DNA of 64,000 nt, from NCBI GenBank assembly GCA_964601865.1, contig CAZRPI010000001.1, positions 4,625-68,624 on the forward strand. The letters are read 5' to 3'. This document shows, one piece after another, positions 1 through 8,253 of this stretch (within the stretch, counting starts at the first letter, position 1; each line of letters opens with the position of its first letter). Both the position numbers and the translations under genes were made by a program. Source of the DNA: an uncultured Pelobacter sp. GTDB taxonomy: Bacteria > Desulfobacterota > Desulfuromonadia > Geobacterales > Pseudopelobacteraceae. The notes beneath the pieces were generated by a model. That model had not been told where the DNA came from, searched no databases, and was given only the letters and a program-made list of their open reading frames with translations.

Positions 1-747
1 TTCTGAAATCCGCCTGATCCTGGGATCATCAAACCATTTCGCCTTGTTCGGGCATGCCTTGACGCAGGCGCAACACCTGGTGCACAAATCTTTTGATGTT
101 TCAAGGGGGTTCTCCCTGTTGATCGCCGCGGTTGGACAGACAGAAACGCATTTCCCGCATTTGGAACAAAGGGCCTCATGCGCGGACGGCGCAATGCCTG
201 ATTGTACCTGAACGTCTTTGTAGGGGAAGTTTCCCGGCACATGGAGAAGACCGTTGGCATCGCCGGTTCCGGTCATGATTTTGTCGCGGATTGCTTTTCC
301 GAATTCATAAGCCGCCGACATGTCGTCACCGTCGGGCCGCCCCTGGGCAATTGGCAAGAGAGACGTTGAATAGGAATGTTCTCCGATAAACGCTCCGGCC
401 GCAATCGGCTTGAAACCGGTTGCAAGGGCGACATCACGCAGTTCCACAAGCGCGTCCTCGTACGCCCGGTTACCGTAGACAACGACAATCACAGCCGGTC
501 GGCCGCCACCGTTGATCCGCTGAACCCGAGAGAGCATGACGGAAGGCAGTCTTCCGGCATACACCGGGGCACCGATAATTGCCATGTTCTGAGCAAACTC
601 CACTTGCGGCTGGGAAACCGCATCAGGCGAGGCCATATCATAAATCTGCCTTATTGCCACTTGCAGCCCCCGTGCAATGCCTTCAATTACCTTCCTGGTC
701 GTTCGCGTTGGAGAGTAGTAGATTAACCCCGCCGTTTCGATATTCAT
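1..747 (-). CDS. flavodoxin-like / 2x[4Fe-4S] ferredoxin-domain protein (3' end lies beyond window start)
   Basis: Hand translation of the minus strand from ATG 745-747 gives MNIETAGLIYYSPTRTTRKVIEGIARGLQ... The distal part reads HEALCSKCGKCVSVCPTAAINRENPLETSKDLCTRCCACVKACPNKAKWF, which is two CxxCxxCxxxCP motifs. It is absent from the ORF track because there is no stop inside the window. Confidence 0.7.
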   Translation of the reverse strand, partial: MNIETAGLIYYSPTRTTRKVIEGIARGLQVAIRQIYDMASPDAVSQPQVEFAQNMAIIGAPVYAGRLPSVMLSRVQRINGGGRPAVIVVVYGNRAYEDALVELRDVALATGFKPIAAGAFIGEHSYSTSLLPIAQGRPDGDDMSAAYEFGKAIRDKIMTGTGDANGLLHVPGNFPYKDVQVQSGIAPSAHEALCSKCGKCVSVCPTAAINRENPLETSKDLCTRCCACVKACPNKAKWFDDPRIRRISE

Positions 748-868
748 TTTATTCACCATTGTATTTCCCCGCATGCCGAACCGCCCGGGCGGTCATGTTT
801 CGCGGCCGGACCAGGGTTAAGTCCCGCCGGACGGTATTATTGTAATTGCTCCCCGGGTAAGGCGTATA

Positions 869-1100
869 TCAGTCAGTCGCCCCGAACGCCGGATGGAGGG
901 AAACCGTCCCGCGCACCCGTTCATCCCCCAGTTCCATAGCCGTGACATACTCCCGGGGAATCCCCTTCGTACACCAGTTCCGGATCGTTCCCGAAACCCA
1001 GAGGCCGGTAATAGCCGGGATCTCCCACCAGCACGACCCCCTTGCCTCCCATCCCCTTCAGAATCGACAATCCCTCCCGGATAAGGTCCAATTCAAGCAA
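869..1100 (-). pseudogene. GNAT (YhbS-like) N-acetyltransferase remnant: C-terminal third only, with a frameshift
   Basis: The minus strand reads ...LIREGLSILKGMGGKGVVLVGDPGYYRPLGFGNDPELVYEG. After a +1 shift in a G4 run (plus-strand CCCC at 962-965) it continues IPREYVTAMELGDERVRGTVSLHPAFGATD*. This matches the YhbS-type C-terminus (GDPxxYxRFGF ... hPxF). There is no acetyl-CoA motif and no start codon upstream. Confidence 0.45.
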
Positions 1101-1105
1101 ACAGT

Positions 1106-1759
1106 TCAGCTTCTTCTCCGCTGGCAGTGGAGCACATACCCTCCCCAGAGCAGCGCCGCCAGCATGACAATCACGCCGCAGCCGAAGAAGACCCGGGCAA
1201 TGAGATGGTCATACCGCATCATTCCCAGATGGGTCAGGATGTTCTCCCAGTCGTGATAACCCTCAACCTCGCTTCCGGTGACCCCGCCCAGCAGCATCAG
1301 CTGACCGGCGCGGGCATCGTCGATGTAGGGAGCGCAGTCCATGAAGCTCTGACCCAGCCACCAGCAGCCGACGCTGACGGCAAAGTGGTTGCCCTTCAGG
1401 GCGAAGGAGACGGCAACGATCAGCGGTATGAGCAGCTGCCCCAGAGTTCCGCCCAGAACCTGCACGAAACGGCCAAAGGGGGAAAACAGGATGTGCCCGG
1501 CTTCGTGGAAGGGGAGGTTGATCAGGTGCATGAAAGATTCCGAGAAACCTTCGCCCCGGATCGGCGTGAGCATGAACTTCACACCCCACACCGCGAGCAC
1601 CAGCCAGACAAGCATCCTGCCGCTGCGCGCAAAGGCGCTTTCCTCGCAAGGGATATTGAGAAAAACGCCTTTCAACGGACCGGATGGCCGCGCCCTACCC
1701 TGTTCCGGTTTTTCAACAACGGGCTCATTGGGCCGTTCATGCATCTTGGCGAAGATCAC
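1106..1759 (-). CDS. integral membrane protein with HExxH (HEAGH) motif; upstream in-frame zinc-ribbon leader is interrupted by TGA
   Basis: 217-aa ORF with several hydrophobic spans and the sequence LPFHEAGHILFSPFG. The same frame continues upstream to ATG 1820-1822 as MKCPKC-TGA-YEQADNRNSCPGCGVIFAKMHE. Confidence 0.6.
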   Translation of the reverse strand: MIFAKMHERPNEPVVEKPEQGRARPSGPLKGVFLNIPCEESAFARSGRMLVWLVLAVWGVKFMLTPIRGEGFSESFMHLINLPFHEAGHILFSPFGRFVQVLGGTLGQLLIPLIVAVSFALKGNHFAVSVGCWWLGQSFMDCAPYIDDARAGQLMLLGGVTGSEVEGYHDWENILTHLGMMRYDHLIARVFFGCGVIVMLAALLWGGYVLHCQRRRS

Positions 1760-1901
1760 GCCACAACCGGGGCAGCTGTTTCGGTTGTCAGCCTGCTCGT
1801 ATCAGCATTTCGGGCATTTCATGCAGACATTTTCCTCCGGAGGTTCTCTTTCTTTCCATTTCGAATCAGATGATACCAGAAGATGGAAGGAGTGGCGCCT
1901 T

Positions 1902-3725
1902 TCAGGCCGGCTTCCGGGATTCGAGGCGGTCGGCGGAGAGTCGAACTATTGCCCGGCGCACCTCCAAAGCCGTGCTGACGGCCGGCATCGGAGGACCGAA
2001 GAGGATGTTTATCCGCCGACGCAAAGTACGGCGGGAAGGGCCGCCGGAAGCATGGTCCATGGCGCCCATGACGCAGAACGGGATGAGCGGCCAGCCCTCC
2101 TCTCTCATCAGCAGGTCGAATCCGCTCCGGGAGTCAAATGGCACTCCGTCATGGACCTGCTGTCCCTCCCCGACGACGAAAAGCATGTGAGCGTCTTCCG
2201 GGGCGGCGCGTCCCTTCCGGCTCAATTCCGACGGTTTCTCTCCGCCATTGCCGGAGAAGAGCGGGATGCAGCCGGCAAGCCGGCAGAGAACGCCCTGAAC
2301 CGAGAGGAGGCGGATTTCCCGGTTCGTGACGAAACCGACCCGGCGCCTGGTGGCAACGGCCAGGAGCATGGCATCCATCGGGGCGGCATCCCGGGATACC
2401 AGGAGCGCCGGGCAGCCGGCTGGCAGATGTTCACCGCCGTGCATGACGACGCGGCAGAACAGGCGCGTGGCGATCAGGGCAACGAAACGGGACAGGAAAC
2501 CGGGCAGCGTCCAGAAGGCGATCAATGTCAGTACCATAGTGAGTACGCCGACCAGGCTGAAACCCTGGGCGGCCGAAAGCCGCAACGGTCCGCTGAAAAA
2601 CCAGGTGGTCACGGAAGCCAGCAGAATTCCAACCCAGTTGATGAAACTGGAGGCGGCCAGCACCTCCCCCAGCCTGGCGGGTTCGGCGCGAAACTGGATG
2701 AACGTCTGCAACGGGAGGCTGAACAGACCGGCCGAAATACCGAACAGCGCCAGGAGAAGCAGGGAGGAGGGGAGCGACGGCGGGACGGCGTGCAGCATCA
2801 CGGGCGCAAAGGTCAAACCGATGGCGCCGATGGGAACGATGCCCAACTCCACCTCCCGGCCGGAGATTCGCGCCGCCAGCAGCGAGCCGCCGCCGATCCC
2901 CAGGGCCGCGGCCAGGAAGAGATAGCCGCTCTGGGCTTCGGTCAGCCCCAGCCCCTGCATGCCGAATGCGATCAGGTTGAGCTGGGCAAAGGCGCCCACG
3001 AAGAGAAAATACGCCTGTCCGATCACCGCCAGCATCAGATCGCGGTCATGGCGTATCCCCAGCAATGTCCGCAGAATCTCGTCGGGGAAAGGGGATATTC
3101 TCCGCCGGCTGTCGGCGACCGGAGTCGTCTCCATGCCGGAGGCGGCCCAGAACCCCGAGACGGCGACCAGCAGGCAGAAAAGCGCCGCCAGCCAGAAATG
3201 CCTCCCAACAACCTGCGCCAGGAGCGACGCCATTGTCGTGCCGAAGATAATCGCCAGATAGGTAAAGGATTCAACCAGCCCGTTGGCCCGGGAAAGCTGC
3301 TCGCGACCGGCCAGTTCGGGTATGACGCCATACTTGGCAGGGGCGAAAAGTGCGCTGTGGGCGGCCATCAGGAAGATCACCGGATAGAGGCCGTCGTGCC
3401 ATTCCAGCGCAAAGGCGACCACCGCCAGAGCAGTAACGGCAACCTCCATGAGCTTGACGGCCACGATGATACGCGACTTGGCCAACCTGTCCGCCAGGCA
3501 CCCGGCCGGAGCGGAAAAGAGCAGAAAGGGGAGTACAAAGGCCGCGCCTACGCCGGCGGTGATGACACCGGCCCGATCCGCCCCCCGGGCGCCGATCAGA
3601 CAGAAAATAATCAGCAGTTTGAGTATGTTGTCGTTCATCGCCCCCAGGAACTGGGTCGCGTTGAGGCGCGCAAACGACGGTGAGAGTTTCGCGGCAGTTG
3701 AAGATTCAGGCTGTACGGATGGCAA
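1902..3725 (-). CDS. MFS transporter (LplT-like) fused to a PlsC-type acyltransferase-like domain
   Basis: The N-terminal ~420 aa are polytopic: FARLNATQFLGAMNDNILKLLI..., with about 12 hydrophobic spans. The C-terminal ~190 aa align by eye to lysophospholipid acyltransferase domains. I prefer TTG 3725 as the start because it is preceded by AGGAGG plus 6 nt; the maximal ORF reaches 3815. Confidence 0.75.
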   Translation of the reverse strand: MPSVQPESSTAAKLSPSFARLNATQFLGAMNDNILKLLIIFCLIGARGADRAGVITAGVGAAFVLPFLLFSAPAGCLADRLAKSRIIVAVKLMEVAVTALAVVAFALEWHDGLYPVIFLMAAHSALFAPAKYGVIPELAGREQLSRANGLVESFTYLAIIFGTTMASLLAQVVGRHFWLAALFCLLVAVSGFWAASGMETTPVADSRRRISPFPDEILRTLLGIRHDRDLMLAVIGQAYFLFVGAFAQLNLIAFGMQGLGLTEAQSGYLFLAAALGIGGGSLLAARISGREVELGIVPIGAIGLTFAPVMLHAVPPSLPSSLLLLALFGISAGLFSLPLQTFIQFRAEPARLGEVLAASSFINWVGILLASVTTWFFSGPLRLSAAQGFSLVGVLTMVLTLIAFWTLPGFLSRFVALIATRLFCRVVMHGGEHLPAGCPALLVSRDAAPMDAMLLAVATRRRVGFVTNREIRLLSVQGVLCRLAGCIPLFSGNGGEKPSELSRKGRAAPEDAHMLFVVGEGQQVHDGVPFDSRSGFDLLMREEGWPLIPFCVMGAMDHASGGPSRRTLRRRINILFGPPMPAVSTALEVRRAIVRLSADRLESRKPA

Positions 3726-3818
3726 CAGGATCCTCCTTTTCGGCAGGCCACAACCATCGTTCCGCGGCTCGCCGGCGGAACAGCCGGGGCAAATCCGCGA
3801 CAGGGGTACAGGCAATGA

Positions 3819-3847
3819 TTGACAATGGCCTCACAAAAATATATATG
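3819..3847 (+). promoter_or_regulatory. sigma-70-like promoter TTGACA-N17-TATATG upstream of the GGDEF gene
   Basis: TTGACA at 3819-3824, a 17-nt spacer and TATATG at 3842-3847. It sits in an AT-rich divergent intergenic region. Confidence 0.3.
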
Positions 3848-3937
3848 TTTTCCGCATGAAACAATTTAAATTATTAACCGTTTCCACACCCGGGCATCCA
3901 GAAAACACACCTGAAATCGAAGTATCTCCGGAAAAGC

Positions 3938-5176
3938 ATGCATCAGGTTTACAACAAACTGCCTTCAAGGGGCAACGCATTGTTCCGTACATCAGGTAAT
4001 CCGATGCAGAAAAGCGGGATCGTCGATCGATTCGAACCCATGATGGAGCAATCCTACCTGGGCTACAAATTCGAGGATTCAAAGGGTGTCGTCATAAATG
4101 TCGGCATCGCCACGGTCTTCCTTGTCGCCGGATTATGGATCTGGGACTGGGCCCTAGATCCGGTTCACGCCGCGAATACGTTCCCCACCAGGTCGGTCAT
4201 GTGCGCGATCCTGGGCCTATATCCCCTGGCGATCATTGCGGGTCTCCGCCGCGCACTCCTGCCTTGGCTGCTCGCCGCGGTAGTCATCGCCACCGAAGCC
4301 GTTTACCTGTACCTTCTGACTCAGTTGAATGACGGGGTCATCTACGGCGGTTTCTCGGGCTTCATGTTCTGGTTCATACTGTCGGTCTTTGCCGGGCTTT
4401 CCTTCACCTTCACCGAAAGCCTGCTGCTCAATGTCGTCATCGCGTTCATGCCCAATCTGCTGGTGCATTCCGGCCTGGCGCCCCAGTTGAACCTTGTCCT
4501 GTACAACGCCCTGATCTGGCCGACCTGTTTCATCGCCATCTTCGGTAATCTTTCGCTGGACAGGCTGTACCGCCGATTGTTCAGGTACAGGGAGCGGATC
4601 GAGGCCCTGGCCAAAACCGACGGGCTTACCGGCATCACCAACAGAGCCCATTTCACCGAAACCGCCCCGGTCCTGGTTGAGCTCTGTCGCCGGCACGAAC
4701 GTCCCATCAGCGCGATCATGATTGACATCGACCATTTCAAGCAGATCAACGACATTTACGGCCATCCCGAGGGGGATGAAGTCCTCAGGCGCGTCGCGGA
4801 AATAATGGGTGGCAAGCTGCGCAACACGGATCTTCTGGCGCGTTACGGGGGTGAGGAGTTCGCCGTGATCCTGCCGGAGACATCTCCCCAAAACGCGCTG
4901 CTGGTGGCTGAAACAATACGGAGACACATCGAGGAAACGCCCATTTCCCTCGACGCGGATCGTTCGGTCAGCATCACCATCAGTGTGGGAGTTACGGGAC
5001 ACGATGTCCTGCCGGATGAGATCGGATTCGAGGAATTGCTGAAGCAGGCGGACACGCGCCTGTATGAGGCGAAACAGAGGGGAAGAAACAGGGTGGTCGC
5101 CATCAAACCCCATTATGCCGATTCACACAAGCCGGGGGGCTTGCCGGAAACCAACCTGCTGGGCCGCTTTTATTGA
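3938..5176 (+). CDS. membrane-anchored diguanylate cyclase (GGDEF domain)
   Basis: Hydrophobic N-terminal half. The C-terminal half has DGLTGITNR..., the active-site sequence RYGGEEF and an RNTD I-site 5 residues upstream. An alternative start is ATG 4003. Confidence 0.85.
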   Translation: MHQVYNKLPSRGNALFRTSGNPMQKSGIVDRFEPMMEQSYLGYKFEDSKGVVINVGIATVFLVAGLWIWDWALDPVHAANTFPTRSVMCAILGLYPLAIIAGLRRALLPWLLAAVVIATEAVYLYLLTQLNDGVIYGGFSGFMFWFILSVFAGLSFTFTESLLLNVVIAFMPNLLVHSGLAPQLNLVLYNALIWPTCFIAIFGNLSLDRLYRRLFRYRERIEALAKTDGLTGITNRAHFTETAPVLVELCRRHERPISAIMIDIDHFKQINDIYGHPEGDEVLRRVAEIMGGKLRNTDLLARYGGEEFAVILPETSPQNALLVAETIRRHIEETPISLDADRSVSITISVGVTGHDVLPDEIGFEELLKQADTRLYEAKQRGRNRVVAIKPHYADSHKPGGLPETNLLGRFY

Positions 5177-5361
5177 ACCGCGCCGCTTGCGGCCACCCAC
5201 AGTAAAAAATCCCCCCTGATTCAAAACCGCAACCCCATCCCAGACCTCATGACGAAAAAAGTTTGTGGAAAAAACGCGGAACACGTATATTTATTCTTCT
5301 GCGTCCGCGAAACAGGTCAGCTCAAGCGCCGACATCACATCCACACCCCAGAGGAATCTTC

Positions 5362-6279
5362 ATGACAGGCCAAACCCTTATCGATTCCATCGGCTCCACG
5401 CCGATGGTTGAAATCACCAGAATAAACCCGAATCCGTACGTTACCATACTGGCGAAACTGGAGGGAAACAACCCCGGCGGTTCCGTAAAAGACCGGCCGG
5501 CGCGCCGGATGATCCTGGCCGCCGAGACAAGTGGAGAACTGACCAGGGACAAGACCATTCTTGAGCCCACGTCCGGCAACACGGGCATAGCCCTCGCCAT
5601 GATCGCCGCCACCCGGGGATACCGCATCAAGCTGGTCATGCCCGCCTGCGTCAGCGTGGAACGACGGGGAGTACTGGAGGCCTACGGAGCGGAGATCGTC
5701 CTTTCTCCCGGCTGCGAGGCAACGGATGGCGCCATCAGGCTGGCCCACAAAATCCACAACGATGCGCCGGACACCTATTTCATGCCCAACCAGTACGCCA
5801 ATCCCAACAACTCTCTGGCGCACTACGAAACCACCGGCCCCGAGATATTCAACCAGACCCAGGGGCGGATCACCCACTTCGTCGCCGGCATGGGCACCGG
5901 CGGCACGCTGATGGGGGTGTCGCGTTATTTCCGGGAGAACAAACCGGAGGTGAAGATCATCGGCGTCGAACCGGTGCTGGGACACAGGATCCAGGGTCTG
6001 AAAAACATGGAGGAGGCCATCGTCCCCCCAATATACACCGAGACCGCGCTTGACAGGAAGATTGTCGTGGAAGACGACCCGGCCTTTGAGACGGCTCGCA
6101 ACCTGGCAAGCCACGAAGGCATTTTCTGCGGCATGTCGGGCGGAGCAGCCATGGCCGGCGCTCTTCGTCTCGCAAGAGAACTGACGTCGGGCGTCATCGT
6201 GGTCATTCTTCCGGATCGGGGCGACCGCTATCTCAGCACCAACCTCTTCACATCCATGTGCGCCAACTGTCCGCCATAG
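5362..6279 (+). CDS. cysteine synthase / O-acetylserine sulfhydrylase family (PLP-dependent, CysK/CysM type)
   Basis: Contains IGSTPMVEI..., KLEGNNPGGSVKDRPA (PLP lysine motif), TSGNTGIALA and GMGTGGTL. GAGGA lies 6 nt upstream of ATG 5362. Confidence 0.9.
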   Translation: MTGQTLIDSIGSTPMVEITRINPNPYVTILAKLEGNNPGGSVKDRPARRMILAAETSGELTRDKTILEPTSGNTGIALAMIAATRGYRIKLVMPACVSVERRGVLEAYGAEIVLSPGCEATDGAIRLAHKIHNDAPDTYFMPNQYANPNNSLAHYETTGPEIFNQTQGRITHFVAGMGTGGTLMGVSRYFRENKPEVKIIGVEPVLGHRIQGLKNMEEAIVPPIYTETALDRKIVVEDDPAFETARNLASHEGIFCGMSGGAAMAGALRLARELTSGVIVVILPDRGDRYLSTNLFTSMCANCPP

Positions 6280-6331
6280 CAGGGCCGGAAACCGCCAATC
6301 AGAGGGGAATCACGCGACATCCCGATACCGG

Positions 6332-6361
6332 TTGCCATTGACACCGCTCTTTGCGTATAAT
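6332..6361 (+). promoter_or_regulatory. sigma-70-like promoter TTGCCA-N18-TATAAT
   Basis: TTGCCA at 6332-6337 and a perfect TATAAT at 6356-6361, about 40 nt upstream of the 6404 ORF. Confidence 0.3.
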
Positions 6362-6403
6362 GTTGGGACAACGTCATGACCAGGTCCGATAGCAGGTATC
6401 CCC

Positions 6404-7231
6404 ATGGTCACTGCCAGCCTCACATATACGGGCTCATCGGCGGCAACAAGTTCCGGTGCGTATTACACCGATCGCCGTCGGAACGGCGGCGCCGTAACCG
6501 TTCCCGCTCAGGACGGAGCCTTACCGCCCCACCCCCTGACATCCGGCTCCGTTCCGGCCACGGACCGCCAACTCGGCATCCAGACTTCGGATACGGATAA
6601 GCGGGAATTCGTTCCCTACGGCCCGGGCGGCCGCTCTGAAGACAAGAAGCAGGCCGACGGGGCACACCCCAAAGACAAAACCCAGGTCTCCACTCCCAAA
6701 TCGGACAACAGGGACAACCCCCAGATCCAGCAGGAAATCTCCCGGCTCCAGGCCATCGACACGAAGGTCAAAGCCCACGAGGCGGCCCACAAGGCCGCCG
6801 GTGGCACCATGACCGGTCCGGCTTCCTTCACCTATACCAGAGGTCCCGACGGCAAGAGCTATGCGGTCGCCGGAGAGGTCCCCATCAGCGTCTCTCCGGG
6901 CAGGACTCCCAGGGAAACCGTGGAGAAGATGGAGCAGGTCATCCGGGCGGCCCTGGCCCCCTCGGACCCCTCGGCACAGGACCGCGCCGTTGCCGCCCAG
7001 GCGTCGGCAATCGAGCAGCAGGCGCGCCGGGAGGAAAGTTCTTCGACGGTAGCGGGCTCCGGAAGTCCAGCCACCGGTTCCGGCGGCCCAACATCGGAAA
7101 CCGGAAGCAGAACAGAGGAAACCCAGGGGGCAGGCGCCGAACACCGCCGGAGTTCATCATCACCCTACAGCGTCAATTCCTCAAGCAAAAACGGTTCCGT
7201 TTCGAGAACGCAGCTCTCACTCTACGCCTGA
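6404..7231 (+). CDS. SprA-related / putative metalloprotease CJM1_0395-family protein
   Basis: The core sequence is IQQEISRLQAIDTKVKAHEAAHKAAGG...SFTYTRGPDGKSYAVAGEVPISVSPGRTPRETVEKMEQVIRAALAPSDPSAQD, which fits the SprA-related family pattern as I remember it. The flanks are low-complexity. Confidence 0.65.
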   Translation: MVTASLTYTGSSAATSSGAYYTDRRRNGGAVTVPAQDGALPPHPLTSGSVPATDRQLGIQTSDTDKREFVPYGPGGRSEDKKQADGAHPKDKTQVSTPKSDNRDNPQIQQEISRLQAIDTKVKAHEAAHKAAGGTMTGPASFTYTRGPDGKSYAVAGEVPISVSPGRTPRETVEKMEQVIRAALAPSDPSAQDRAVAAQASAIEQQARREESSSTVAGSGSPATGSGGPTSETGSRTEETQGAGAEHRRSSSSPYSVNSSSKNGSVSRTQLSLYA

Positions 7232-7564
7232 TCCTCCATTCCCCATGGACTAATCTCAAAAAATAGTGCATATGTATACCGGCTTTTTTCCCAGGGCAGA
7301 TAGCTTCACCGGGCGCCACGGAAGGGGCTGTCATACCTAAGCCGGACAAGCCGGAACCAATCAGGAAACAATCAAAGGCAATGGCCGGATTTGAACGGAT
7401 TTACGCTGATAAGACATCTGTATTCGCATGATGAATATAATCCGTGTCAATCCGCGGCATCTGCGAGAAGCCGCGTTCTATTGCCGTTCAGGTCTGCTCA
7501 TTTATGGTAAAGACTCAAGTCGCAAGAGACTAAAGGGCGGGATTGGACGAGACATGGGGGGAGC

Positions 7565-7684
7565 ATGTTTGGCTTCAGCGCGGCTGACTGGATTTTTTGC
7601 GGTTTCATACTGGTCGTCATTGCCGTCTGCGTAAACATGAGCGCGATGATCCAGAAGAAGAAAAGCGCGGAAAACGGCAGATGA
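7565..7684 (+). CDS. possible 39-aa single-pass membrane peptide
   Basis: The peptide is MFGFSAADWIFCGFILVVIAVCVNMSAMIQKKKSAENGR, preceded by GGGGGAG 2 nt upstream. The stop overlaps a 7-bp hairpin ATGACGG-N7-CCGTCAT (7681-7701), which is followed by a T-run. There is no homology support. Confidence 0.3.
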   Translation: MFGFSAADWIFCGFILVVIAVCVNMSAMIQKKKSAENGR

Positions 7685-7835
7685 CGGCAGGCTTCCGTCA
7701 TACGGCGCTTTTTCGTGCCGGCTCGGGCCACATCCGAAAAACGGAGGTCAGACCGTCACATCATTTTGCGTACCCCCCCGCCCCTCTTCCGGTTTTTTGT
7801 TTTAGGCTTCCGCAAAATCGGCTATAGTCCAAGCC

Positions 7836-8222
7836 ATGGGCCGAATACTGCTGATAGACGACGACCGGAGTTTCACCGAATTCCTTGCCGGCTATATTCA
7901 TGACAACTACCCCCTGTTGCAGGTCGAGATCTGCAACAATCCTCTGGCTGCCCTGCAACGCATCAAGAGCGGCGGCCTCGATCTGCTGCTGATCGACCTG
8001 GAAATGCCCTCCATGGATGGTCTCAAGCTGCTGTTTTTCGCCACCAAGAGCGGCATGGACAAAAACAGGATCGTCATCCTGTCCGGCCGCGACGCCAATA
8101 CCCTGCACGAAATCTGCCCCATGGGGACCTGTCTTGCGGTTCTGAACAAATTCGAGGCTCGCCAGAAGGCGGTCCTGGACATGATATTCAAGTCACTCCA
8201 CAAAAAGGCTGGTGGCGCTTGA
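7836..8222 (+). CDS. stand-alone response-regulator receiver (CheY-like)
   Basis: Contains ILLIDDD..., LLLIDLEMPSMDG (phospho-acceptor Asp) and VILSG. Length is 128 aa. Confidence 0.85.
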   Translation: MGRILLIDDDRSFTEFLAGYIHDNYPLLQVEICNNPLAALQRIKSGGLDLLLIDLEMPSMDGLKLLFFATKSGMDKNRIVILSGRDANTLHEICPMGTCLAVLNKFEARQKAVLDMIFKSLHKKAGGA

Positions 8223-8253
8223 ACCTTCCCCACGGCCGGAAGGAGACCTATTC

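Noticed and set aside
1802-1804. TGA as a selenocysteine codon
   Set aside because: The position corresponds to the conserved Gly of a CPxCG zinc-ribbon knuckle, not to a redox Cys. The downstream hairpin has a 12-nt loop and does not obviously match the bacterial SECIS apical-loop pattern. A nonsense mutation or sequencing error is more parsimonious, but I cannot exclude Sec without tools.
1389-3683. 764-aa ORF on the plus strand, the longest ORF in the first 5 kb
   Set aside because: It lies antisense to the MFS/acyltransferase gene. Its translation is Arg/Gly/Gln/Pro-rich, low in complexity and without motifs, while the minus-strand product has a clear MFS topology. This is a typical GC-rich shadow ORF.
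7382-7400. TGGCCGGATTTGAACGGAT, which resembles the reverse complement of a tRNA 3' end (T-arm GGTTCAAATCC)
   Set aside because: On the minus strand, the segment around TTCAAAT is flanked by a direct repeat (ATCCG ... ATCCGG), not by complementary T-stem arms. No acceptor-stem partner or anticodon arm can be drawn in the preceding 75 nt.
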